64,000 nt of DNA, taken from positions 56,234,001-56,298,000 of the forward strand of contig OZ336877.1 of the NCBI GenBank assembly GCA_965287045.1. Direction: 5' to 3'. The first letter of the stretch is position 1, and the number at the start of each line of letters is the position of its first letter. The notes beneath the pieces were generated by a model. That model was not told the origin of the DNA. It searched no databases and saw nothing but the letters and a program-made list of their open reading frames with translations. The position numbers and the translations under genes are program-made. This stretch comes from Carcharhinus amblyrhynchos (Eukaryota). Below are positions 51,333-62,649 of this stretch, one piece after another.

Positions 51333-54300
51333 AGGTTTACAGTTGCATCTGTGTTTTCTTGATCAGTAAGCCTGAAGACTTTGCTGCTCCTCACTACAAT
51401 ATATTTTCAATATCTACCACACACTGCAACTTTATCATATTTCAATACCTCCAAAGATCTCATTAAAGCATCAAGTTAGAGTAAGCTATTAGAGAAGTAA
51501 ATAAAAGAACAGGATTGGAGTCAATAGAAAAGACTCCCGAGAATCATGTTCAGTGTAAAACAGGTTACTGATTCACAGTCCATTATCCACTCCTGTACTG
51601 GAAATTTCACCTCACAAAGCTCACTCACAGTAAACTTCCATTTGGAACAAAATAAACAGAACTCCAGCTCGATTCCACCCTCTGTTGGCAAGATAGTTCT
51701 GGATGTCAAAGGTCATCTAACCCAGCTCATCACACTCATACAGAATGACTTGCATATTAGGAGCAGAAATGAGCCATTCGGCCCCTTGAGTTAATATTGC
51801 CATTTGGTAGCATTGCTTACATTATGTCTGTGATTACTGTCAACAACTGTGCCTTTAACTTCCAGCAATGCAGCCACAAACCACAGTCCTCTCTCTGCCC
51901 AGGTGCTCCATTTGCTTCTTTTACAACTATAGCAGTGACAGTCAGCATCAGCCTCCTGCAATTGAATGCAGCTTCCCTCTGAGGGACAGAGTGCCTGTAT
52001 GAACTGGAGGCTAGCTGGAACGTTTGTTAGTTTCCCACATTGTCAGACCCTTGGTCACATTGGGCAACACGACAAAATCATTCAAATGAGGAGACAGCAC
52101 AAAATTTGCATACTGTCTCTCTCTGCAGGAAGAAGCTTATTACAAATCGATTGTCCGACACCCCAAAACTGGCATATGCCTAAACTTTTGCCTTGCATAT
52201 TCATAAAATGTTTTAGCGTTTGTTTTAGTATTGCATACTAATCTTTTCTCCTCCCTTTCTCTGCCTTTAGCTTCCTCCATTAACTTTCTCATTTCATTCC
52301 TTCACTTTCCATCATCATTCTGTTTGTTAATTGAACCTTGCTGCTGATATTTGCACCTTTTTCCATTGCAGGTCTTGTTTGAGCCATGTCTCAGTTAATG
52401 TAACTGTCATAATTCCATCCAGCAATTTGTGCCTGCCGAACCATCTTAGTTGTGCTCTGGATATTGTGTATATGCAGATTTAATGCTTCCTTCAGTACAT
52501 GTGCTACTTTCCTCAATCAGGTCCCTGTGATTTGTGGGATATTTCTAATTTTACTGCTCACTGCTGCTATTTTCTGGTTGCTTTTCTTTGCCAAAGTCCT
52601 TTAAACCTTCACCAACAATATTAATTGACTTCTCGGCAAGAACAATGGTCTCAGCTTTGTTCAGATGTAAACTGTCCATGTTGTACCAACACCCCATCCT
52701 GGCTAGCCATGAGCACAGGAAGTGTCTCCAGTTGCTAGAGCTCAAGCTTTACAATTCTAGTCCATGGTCATGATTTCCCACGTAGAGCAGGATGTTAATG
52801 GGCTTCTGTTGGAAGAAATTTGTACATTGCTTTTTGCAGGCATGGTTTCAACAAAGAAACAAAAGCTTTTGTACTTTTCAAGTTAGTCAGCATAACCAGT
52901 TGCACTTCCGCAAGCCCTACTGAATTTAAAATAAGGTCATCAGGGTAACCTTCTGGAACATTAATGCAATCAATACTAAGGAAATAGATGCCAACGCAAA
53001 TAGTCATAAGCTTTATACAATTTCCATCCCATTTTCCCTTGAGTCGGAAGAGAAAAAATACTTGATGTTTACTGGATCAGTTACGTAATAATGGTTTTAT
53101 AAACACGTGAGGAAAAACATTCTTATTGTCTTTTCCAACCTGATTCACTTTTTCTTTGTATCAAGATCCTTTTCAGATCAGCGAACATGTCTGAAAGTAG
53201 TACATTAGGCGCCCGATGTTTAAATGTAGGCCATTAGGCTGGTCATTGGTGAAAAAAATCAAACTCCTACACCATTAGTTCTGCCTACTGCTTGTTAATC
53301 AGAATTTCTTTTCATGGCAGCTGACAAATTTGCTAATGACAAGTCAGTCCAGGGATATTGTTTCTTCTCTCAGGTTTGATTAGATGAATATTCAGATACA
53401 CTGAGCACCACCGGAATCATGTTTCCCTGCCTTTACTGTTGTGGAATAGATGCTGTCAGCTTTTTTGGTGAAATTTATGCTCCACAAGCTCTCAGATGCT
53501 AGTGTTTGAAAATTTTGATTTTTGGTACACAGTACCTATAAACAGTGCTCCAGTATTTCTAAGCAGTGCTTCCTAAGCATATTTTTCCTGCTGTGATCCC
53601 ATATTAATTCCTCAGTGTCATGTGGGCCAGGGTGTGTGGGATAGGGAGGACAGGAGGGCTGCGTCAGCATGTGAGAAGCTGCAAGTGACTCCTAAATAAG
53701 TGTAGGTGGGTTGTTTAGCTCCTGAGCAGTGAATGTAGTTGTTTAAACGACATGTCTTTTTAAAAGATTAAACACCTGCCTTTCTGTGTCTCTTTTGCAC
53801 AGCAAACAGGTCTCAAAGATGTCCATTAGGTCCTGTCCATCAATCAAAAAAAATAAGAATTTAAAGGGGCTCCGCAGCTGTTAGCATTCAGCCTGAGCTC
53901 CACAGCTGCCTTTGCTGCGTCACAACTGGCAAACCCAAAATCTTGTGTTGCAACCCACAAAGAGGATTCTTATTCCTATTTAAAAATTAAAGATTTCAGG
54001 TTTCATTTGCAGAATGAAACAGGAAGGAAATTGATGAGACACAATAGAGTCCAAAATATGTGAGGAAAATATGTGAAAAAAAGAATGAATACATACAGTC
54101 CAGTTAAGATAAATTTCACCTCCATTACACCACTTATGGACTCACTATTAAAGTCTCATTTAACCCTCTTTAAATTTAAATGTGGAACTAAGAATCTATG
54201 TTTATTATTATGGCTTGAATAACTAACCTGCCACAAAGGTGGTGGAATATTAAGAAATAGAGATTAGACACATGGGAACAGTTACAATCTTGCTTTTAGT

Positions 54301-55039
54301 CAACAATTACTTGGGATGGACCAAGTCAGCCTCTGATTGATGACCCTCAGTCTTAAGGGGACTATTAATGTTGTATCTTTGAAAGTTTACCCCTGTACCT
54401 GCTCCATGCCCAACTTGAAATAAAGGTTGGAATTTGTTGCACCATGAGAATACAGGTGGTTGCAGCTGCCCTGAGTACAACCTTTGTTCTTTTCCCACCA
54501 AAAAAGTCCATTCAGGTCATCAAATTTGTGATGCCAGTAAGGCTGGCACAACACATGCTGTGTTATGTGCAGCTCAATCTGACTTCTGTCACAGTAGAAT
54601 GGGTAAGTTGAGGTTAGTTTTCAGGACACCCCAAGGTTCCAGGCAGCTTGGTTCGGCCTGGGGTAAGTGACTGTTTCTGTGAAGATGGTGGCTTCAGTCA
54701 TCCTAATGTTTAGCTGATGGAAATTGCAGTTCATCAAAAATGGGATATCAGACGAGCAAGCCAACAGCATACAAAGCAGGAAGTGATTAGGAGAAGTAGT
54801 ATAGTAGTAGCTGTACATATAATTCACACTGTGAGTAGTGTGAACTATATACGTAACATATTAATTTGTTTTAACTCCCATCCTCTTCCTAAACCTCTGC
54901 AGATTTATATAAATTTCTTCAATATAAAGTCTCATGTTTTCGACTAAATCTTGAATATCTTTATTTGTCTTCCATTTATCCTACATTTTTTTAACTATTC
55001 TTCATTTCCAATAATAACCTGAAACATATATGGGGAGAT

Positions 55040-56003
55040 TGTGTCGCGATGATAATGTTACTGGGCTAGTAATTCAGAGGCCCAGGCTAATGTCCTGGGT
55101 CATGGGTTCAAATACCACCGCAGCAGTTAGTGGAATTCAAATTCAATTAATAAATCTGGAATATAAATCTAGTTTTAGTAATTGTGACCATAAAAGTATC
55201 ATTGATTGTCATTAAAAAAAAAAATCTGGTTCATTAATGTCCTTTAGGGAAGGAAATCTGCCATTCTCATCCATTCTGGACTACATGTGACTCCTGACGC
55301 ACAGCAATATGGTCAACTCTGAAATGGCCTCATGGTGGCACAGTGGTTAGCACTGCTGCCTCACAGCACCAGGAACCTTGGTTCGATTCCCAGCTTGGGT
55401 TACTGTCTGTGTGTTCTCCCTGTGTCTGTGTGGATTTCTTCCAGATGCTCCTGTTTCCTCCCACAGTCTGAAAGATATGCTGGTTAGCATTGGCCATGCT
55501 AAATTCTCCCTCAGTGTACCCGAACAGGCATCAGAGTGTGGCGACTAGGGGATTTTCACAATAACTTCATTGCAGTGTTAATGTAAGCTTACTTGCGATA
55601 CTAATAAATAAGCTTTAAACTTAGAAAGCTACTCAGTTCCAGGACAATTAGGGATGGGAAACCAGTGCTGGCATTAACAGGGATACACATATCAGTAATA
55701 CACATCTCTTCAACGTGTTTGGCCCTCTCTCCATTCACATTGTCTGTACCTTTAAGAATTGATTACCTGTAAAGACTTCCAATCATTATCTTGTAAGTTG
55801 AGTTTGAGTCTGTATATGACCTGTTTGTGAACACAAGCCTTCACTCACCTGATAAAGGAGTCTGAGACTCTGAAAGCTAGTGCCAAATAAACCTGTTGGA
55901 CTTTATCCTTGTGTTGTGAGACTTTTTACTGTGCCCACCCCAGTCCAACACTGGCATCTCCACATCATGATTACCAGTGATGCCCACAAAGAATTAAAAA
56001 AAA
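55040..56003 (+). mobile_element. tRNA-derived SINE interrupted by a V-SINE (55331-55622) and a Penelope family 2 repeat (~55700-55969)
   Basis: Outer pieces join to match the intact copy at 57085-57453; inner V-SINE starts tggcacagtggttagcactgctgcctcacag. Confidence 0.8.
55846..55882 (+). ncRNA. Degenerate minimal type I hammerhead ribozyme motif in a Penelope repeat
   Basis: CAC-CUGAUAA-A-GGAGUC uga GACUCU-GAAA-GC-UA-GUG: stems I and II and the palindromic AGCU element are present; core has CUGAUAA instead of CUGAUGA. Confidence 0.6.
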
Positions 56004-57084
56004 CAGCAACATAGCAATACTTTCATCCTTCACTATAAAAAACATTGTGCAAAATCATGGAGTTGGAACCTGAAAATACCATTAACACTCAATATTCCAT
56101 AATAAAAGCTCAATGTAACTTACTCAGTCAATAGCCCTTGCACATTACAATACCTGCAGTTTCACAAAAGAATTTATGTCAGTATTGTTTATCTATATTC
56201 TGCTGAGCTTATCCGTGTAGGGTTTGCAGAAACATGAACATTAAGGAGGTGACACATTTCTATTATGCCTGAATATTCTGATTTGTTGTAAACTTTGGAT
56301 GCGTCTTTACACAGTGACATGATGACCCAACTGTAATTAATATATTGCTGTAAGATCTCTAGCGAGCACTTTGAGTTTATTATGAAGTGGATGAATGGTT
56401 TAGGTGTGTATTCTATTAAGTGATGTGGCTGGAGTGCACAACTAATTAGTTTTACAACTCCACAATTAATTTTCAGCCCTAATCCATGTCATCATCTAGT
56501 GTGCTGAAGTAGCAGAGTGTAGATTGAGCCATCTTGATGATCACATCATTTATAGTCCTTTAAGCAACTTGCTATATTCGGTAGGACAGAGTATTGCTGA
56601 AAAGAGACTTTTTTGTCAAAATTTTTCATCTTGCACTCATCTAGACATTCTTGTTGTTGGTATATCAAACCAATTTATGAAATACATCATGTTGTTTGTA
56701 AAAATGTATCATATACAACACTGAATTATCTAAAAGGAATCCCTTAAAATATGGATTCATCTTCCATTAATCCAAAGTCTACATGCCATTTCTGTCATCT
56801 TTCTGCAAACAGACCTTTAGGATTCTGATTTTTAAAATCACATTCTGAGCAGTCCATGCCCTATCAAGTGTAGTTTCAGATCACATTTAGCTTTTCCTAA
56901 AAACTTCTGTCATCAAAAAAATCTGTTTCCAAATGGTTTGAGTTCTGGGGGGAAAGGCACTGTAAGCTCCTGAGTTTCAGAAAAATGCAAATAAACACCG
57001 CAGAATCATTTCCCAGTGGAGATTTCTTTCTGCTTGAGTATGATGCCTTCTGGTTGTGTGTTTTTTAATTGTAAAGGTCAAGGG

Positions 57085-57453
57085 GGAGGTCAATGGCTAT
57101 TATTGCTTGACTTTTAATCCAGAAACTCAGCTAATGTTTTGGGGACCTGGGTTTGAATCCCACCATGACAGATGGTGGAATGTGAATTCAATAAAAACAA
57201 AATCTGGAATTAAGAATCTACTCGTGACTGTGAAACCATTGTCAATTGTCAGAAAAACCCATCTGGTTTGCTAATGTCCTTTTAGGGAACAAAATCTGCC
57301 ATCCTTATCTGGTTTGGCTCCAGGGCCACAACAATGTACTTGACTCTCAACTGCCTATGAAATGGCCTAGCAAGCCACTCAATCCAAGGAGAATTTGGGA
57401 TGGGCAATAAATGCTGGCCAGCCAGTGATGCCCATCTTCCGTGTATAAAAAAA
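57085..57453 (+). mobile_element. tRNA-derived SINE with LINE-derived tail
   Basis: Box B gggtttgaatccc; body ctaatgtcctttagggaa..aaatctgccatcct; tail gggatgggcaataaatgctggcc..A-rich, related to the LINE 3' end at ~23920. Confidence 0.8.
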
Positions 57454-59899
57454 GAAGTACAAGATTGTTGAAGCCTGTTTCCTCATGGCAAAGGAACTTT
57501 GAGATATGGACTATCACAGAATTATTATTTGCTCTTATCTAGATAGAGGATCAAACAGGCTTAGAGAACCATTGATTAAAGATTGGGAGAAAGCAGTATG
57601 AATTTGTGGGCCCTGCATAACATTTAGTGTCCCTCAGAACAGTTAATTCGCTTGGCTTTCTCTTAACATCAAGAACCAGTAGCCTGCATGAATTGTGATC
57701 TCTGGGTGTCTCAATGTCAATGTTTTATCTGCTGTGCATTGTTTCTTCCAGTGAAGGTAATCCATAGTTGATGTGTGCAGGATATGAGGCTTTAATACAC
57801 ATTGAATTAAAAACATTTTCATTAATGTTTGTTTCATTTGGAAACAATACTTTATGAAGAAACCTACTAATCAAAATTAAACTCACTCTACGTGCCTCTT
57901 CTTGGGCCCACATGTAGAGGGAAATCCATTGGAACAACTAGCATGCCTTTGCTAACACCTGCGCTAACAACTCCCAGATCAAACTTGGCAGTACCATGTT
58001 CCAACCTGACTGGAAGATGTATGTCCTCAGAACAATGATGATAAAATTTAAATTTGTAAGACCTGTATCAAGCTCTGACTTGGCAGAGCTTGAATCCTTT
58101 ATTATTTTTCTATTGCATAATGCACTTGATTTTTTTTTGGAGGTGTCAAAAAATTCAGATCAGAGCAAGGCTTTTCTTATAACAAATGGGGGGACGGTAT
58201 GGATGGAGGTAGTGCAGGGAAGGAATCTCCTGACTCTCTATAGTGCACAGTTTTCTGAGAGGGATTGTATATGAGGTTTGCCTTTCTTTCCAGTGGAATA
58301 ATTGAAGTATTCTATCGAAAATGCAGAAGACTTAAAATTTTGAGCCTGAGCAAATTGTCATTCTACGCTGTGCACAATATTGCAAATAATCTGATTCCAT
58401 TACAGTATCGCAGAAGGAATGTTTAATTTTGAGGATCAGATAAGTAGTTATTTTGAATTCAAAGGAGCTCGAGACAGCCTTGAGGCAATAATATTTTCAT
58501 TCATTAATTGCATGTATTATGTAAAAATAATATCAATTATTCATGATGTTGGCTTCCACAATTGAATTACCTGCCAGCATTCAGTATCTAAGCTCAAATA
58601 TGAAAAACGATTATTTGAGAGAGATGGAATCTGTGGAACTATATGTAAAAGAGACAATGTTTTCAGGAGAGGTGGGGGGGTGGGAGGAGAGGAAATATGT
58701 GGTACTGAAAGGTGACACCAGTGTTGAGTAATGGAACTTTTTTGCAGTAAGTTTGGGTATCAGATTAGCTATAGTGCAGCAAGATCGAGTAACACTTGCT
58801 CTACTTTCACTTTAATGGTGGACTTCAATTCCAACCAGCAAGGACTTCGTTAGTTGCCATACTTGCTATCCTTGTGCTCTATCTGAAAGAGCCAATTTAT
58901 GCTATGGGCTGGGAACTCGTTTTTCAGAACATTTCTGGTCAATGGGAGTGACTTTAAAACTACCCAAGAAGAACTGAGTTTCAATGGTCCTCTCCTTTAT
59001 TTTAAGACTCTTGGAGCCATCAAAGAAAAATGATAGTTATTTCATCGGTCCAAACTGGAATTGATGCCAGGTGCCAGAGCTGGAAGGACACTGCTATTTC
59101 ACTGCATGTTTATCAAGATGTGAACCATGTGAAGTCTTTACTTTATGGAAGGAAAGATTAAACTATGTTAGTTATTTAGATAACTTGCGAATTAGTATTT
59201 TGATTCAGATATTGAGGTTAACTGGTGCCTTGCTCTCAATCCTGATTCTGACTAGATTCAGATTTTTGCGTCTGTCACAAATGGTACTCAAGAAAAACAT
59301 GACCTTTTTAAACTAAAATAATACAATATAATATTAATAATGAATACATTCAGGGTAAAGATACAATTTATATTCAATTAACCAAGCCATGCTTAATGTC
59401 ACTAATATAATTTCAAATCTAAGCTCTAATTCTCCTTCCAGATGCCCAATCACTTGTACCATTTTAAAAATCGATGTTATTGAACATGTCACTGCATTAA
59501 CCCTGCTAAAATACATATTTCTAAGCAATTCTTGATCTAAACTTATTCAGTGTATTTTTAATGTATTCTTGTGCTTTTTTTTCTATGTTAAATTACTTCA
59601 CATGTCCATTTGATCTGAACTGCCTACAGAGCTAACATCAATCTCAATTAGAAAACCCTCTTATTCTTGTACAACAAAGAATGTTTTCTTACAGAATCGT
59701 ATGTCTTTATTTTCTCTGTTAGGAAATACTTTCCCTGAGCTACTATCTTCAGTTTCATTAGCTGGTTCACAAAAAAATCAATCGCCTTCTCTGTAATATT
59801 CGGATAACCTGATCACTCTTTCACGAACAAAAATGCCACATTGTTTTTCCTACGATGCCATAGTTTAGGCACAAATACTCCCAACACAGGGTTTACAGA

Positions 59900-60480
59900 T
59901 AGAAGATAAATCCACATGGCAGACGGGTCAGAAAAGTCAGTCCCATGTGACACAGGGGAAGGTGGTCAGTTGCTACACAGAGAGTACAGTGGAAATTAAC
60001 AAGAATGTTGCCAGCGCTTGAAAATTGCAGCTATGAGGAAAGATTGGATAGGCTAGGGTTGTTTTCCTTCGAATAGAGGAAGCTGAGGGATGACCTAATT
60101 GAAGTAAACAAATTTATGAGGGATCTAGATAGGGTGGACAGGAATTACTTATTTCCCTTAGTGACAAGGTCAATTATCAAGGGGTATAGATTTAAGGTGA
60201 TTGATAGAAGGATTAGAGGGGACATGAAGAAAACCTTTTCACCAAGCAGATGCTGTGTGACTGGAATTCACTGCCTGAGTTGTTGGTTGAAGCTGAAACA
60301 TTCAATTTAATTACAAAGTACCTGCATCTGCACCTGAAGTATTATAAACTGAAAGGTGAGGGGACCAGGTGCTAGAAAGCCAGATTAAAATGAACAGTTA
60401 GTTTCCTTTCTTTTTTGTCCAGCACAACCACAATGGGCTCAATGGCCTCTTTCTGTGTCTTAACATTTCTGTAGTTCTAA
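59900..60480 (+). mobile_element. CR1 LINE 3' fragment
   Basis: YEERLDRLGLFSFE, MRDLDRVDRNYLFPLV..KGYRFKV. Confidence 0.85.
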
Positions 60481-60514
60481 TTACCTGGCATCTCGGGTAT
60501 TTTTTGGGAAAAGA

Positions 60515-61022
60515 TGGCCAATATTGTTTCCTCAGTCACCATCAGAAAAACAGATTATTTAATCGCTATTACATTGCTCTTTGTGGGAGCTTCTGTACAA
60601 ATTAGCTGCCAGATTTCCTGCATTACAAAAGTGACCACGCTTCAAAAGTATTTCATTGGTTAGTGGTTAGCATTGCTGCCTCGCAGCACCAGGGACCTGG
60701 GTTCAATTCCAGCCTCGGGTGTCTGCCTGTGCAGAGTTTGCAGGTTCTCCTTGTGTCTGTGTGGGTTTCCTCCGGGTGCTCTGTTTTCTCCCACATCCAA
60801 AGATGTGCAGGTCATGCCAAATTTCCCTTAATGTTTCAAGACATGTAGGTTAGAGGGATTAGAGGGGTAAATATGTGGGGTTACAGGGTAAGCCTGTGTG
60901 AGAGTCGATGCAGATTTGATGGGCCGAATTACCATCTCCTGTACTGTAGGGCTTCTAGGCTCTTAAAGCCTTTTGAGAGAGCGAATGATCATGAACGATG
61001 TTGTATGAATGCGAGCCATTTT
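60515..61022 (+). mobile_element. SacSINE1-like 3' half interrupted by an HE1-like SINE (~60661-60960)
   Basis: Host aaacagattattt..ttcaaaagtatttcattgg resumes at aaagccttttgaga; insert begins agtggttagcattgctgcctc and ends ctgtagggcttcta. Confidence 0.75.
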
Positions 61023-61689
61023 TAAAAATTCTTTTAGATTGAGAGTATGATACTGGATGGATTTGAGTAAAGAAAAATCTCATCTTTGGACCTTTGAAAT
61101 GACGATCTTGTTCCAGAAGGATGTTATCGAAAGTAGCATTGGATAAGTTGAATTTTGTAGATGATTGTAATATGGTTAAAGTGGCATAATTTTATTGCGC
61201 TGTCTGTTTATTGCTCCTCTATAAGTAACTTCTCCCAGCTCTTACACAGCAAATAACATTAAGTATTTAGCACTAAAGTTAGTTTTTGATAGTTGTTGCC
61301 GATGTGAATGTGTTTTTTGTTACTTCGAGGAAAGATTTACTACAAGTGAATAATAACCAGCTGCAATAAATAATTGAGCGTGTTTCCATTAGTACAGACA
61401 ATAGATTGTTTTTATTATTCACCATTAGTTAAGCAAAATCTCAACCCATTCTTGTGTTCTAAAAACTCATTAAAAGGCAATAGTTTTAAAATACATTTAC
61501 ACTGTGTAACATTGTGTGCAGTACTTTTGTATTGATTTCTGTGCTACTGCTGCTAGCCCTCACTTTTTGGAATTGGAATTTTTCTATACTACAAAGCTAG
61601 TTCAATAGGCAGGGATTGTGGAAGGTTAAAAATATTGACAACATCTTATAAGTGATTCATGTATTATGAAACAAAGGGGGTTGAGGAGT

Positions 61690-62180
61690 TGGAATGGTGG
61701 AAGAGTGGACCAGGGTGTCACGGAGGGAGCAATCCCTCTGGAACACCCAGAAGAAACCCACACAGACCAGGAGTGAGGGGAAAGTATACTTTGGCAGAAA
61801 TGGTGGAAGGTGATCCTTTGAATGTGGAGGCCGGAGACCCTATCTTGGGTGGAAGGGAGAAGGGGTGAGAGCAGAGGTGCAGAAAATGGGTTGAATCTGG
61901 GTGAGTATCTTGTCAACATCAGTAAGCGGCAAAACCTCAAAGGAAAAAGGCAGATGTGTCAGAAGTGCCATTTTCAAAGATGGCATTATTGGAATAGATA
62001 TGACAGAGGCAAAGAAACTGGATGGAATGGGTTTGTAATAAATATTGGTGGTCAATCTATTGCTGGAAATGTAGAGATCAAGTGAGAAAGGAAGTGTCGG
62101 AGATGGACAATGTAGAGGTGAGAAGTGGAAATTAGAAGCAAAATCAGTAAAACTTTCCAAATCTGGATGAGAGCACATGT
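61690..62180 (-). mobile_element. Penelope-like retroelement RT fragment
   Basis: Minus ORF reads DLESFTDFASNFH..TLPFSLDLYISSNRLTTNIYYKP, a decayed Penelope RT LPFLD/YxKPT segment. Confidence 0.7.
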
Positions 62181-62427
62181 TCATTTTGGATGTTCTGATT
62201 TTTAAACTTGTTGCACCAGAATCCGGGATGATCAGTTCATTCTGAAGTACGTTAGTCATTTCTAAAAAAACACCACTTGAAACCAGTATGTCTGTGAAAT
62301 GTAGAGGGTAAAGAATGAGAAAGGAAGTGTTTATTATTAAAATCACATAAGTTTTAAATTTACCATGTTGCATTATGTATGTTTTTGTTAACTAAATACA
62401 TATTTTGTATTATTTTTCACTCTGCAG

Positions 62428-62439
62428 AAGTATTGCTGA
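62428..62439 (+). CDS. NCOA2: NCOA2 terminal coding exon (KYC*), followed by 3' UTR
   Basis: tttttcactctgcag|AAG TAT TGC TGA; KYC is the conserved NCOA2/NCOA3 C-terminus; phase 0 fits exon 21; I see no AATAAA before the window end. Confidence 0.93.
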   Translation, partial: KYC

Positions 62440-62474
62440 CCCTCAGGATTGTTATTCCTCCTGTTTTCAACAAG

Positions 62475-62649
62475 GTCCAGAAGATCCATGTGTTTGCTGA
62501 TGTACAGTGCAAGGTCAACATTTAGGGTGGTAACAATTATAACCAACAAACAAACTCCACCAGATCAAGCCAAGAAAAGTACAGCAGCCAATTGAACCCT
62601 CAGCCAGGCTTGGAGAAGTTGTTTGTTACAAGAGTTGCTAACAGAGTGA
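62475..62649 (+). pseudogene. Decayed SRC-1a-type alternative terminal exon (NR box IV relic) inside the NCOA2 3' UTR
   Basis: VQKIHVFADVQCKVNI*GGNNYNQ..NPQPGLEK then +1 frame CLLQELLTE*; resembles NCOA1a VQQVQVFADVQCTVNLVGG..QKSLLQQLLTE. Confidence 0.85.

Noticed and set aside
53803-53829. Cryptic terminal exon after a strong acceptor (QTGLKDVH*); similar case at ~52372
   Set aside because: No homology support; such acceptors occur by chance in long introns.
56315-56403. 89-nt AG..GT segment as the missing penultimate exon
   Set aside because: It has multiple stops, is not a multiple of 3, and has only trivial similarity (DDP).
62437-62649. Stop-codon read-through from KYC* to LLQELLTE
   Set aside because: LLQELLTE is in the KYC frame, but another TGA at 62593-62595 intervenes and the conserved VFADVQC block is in a different frame.
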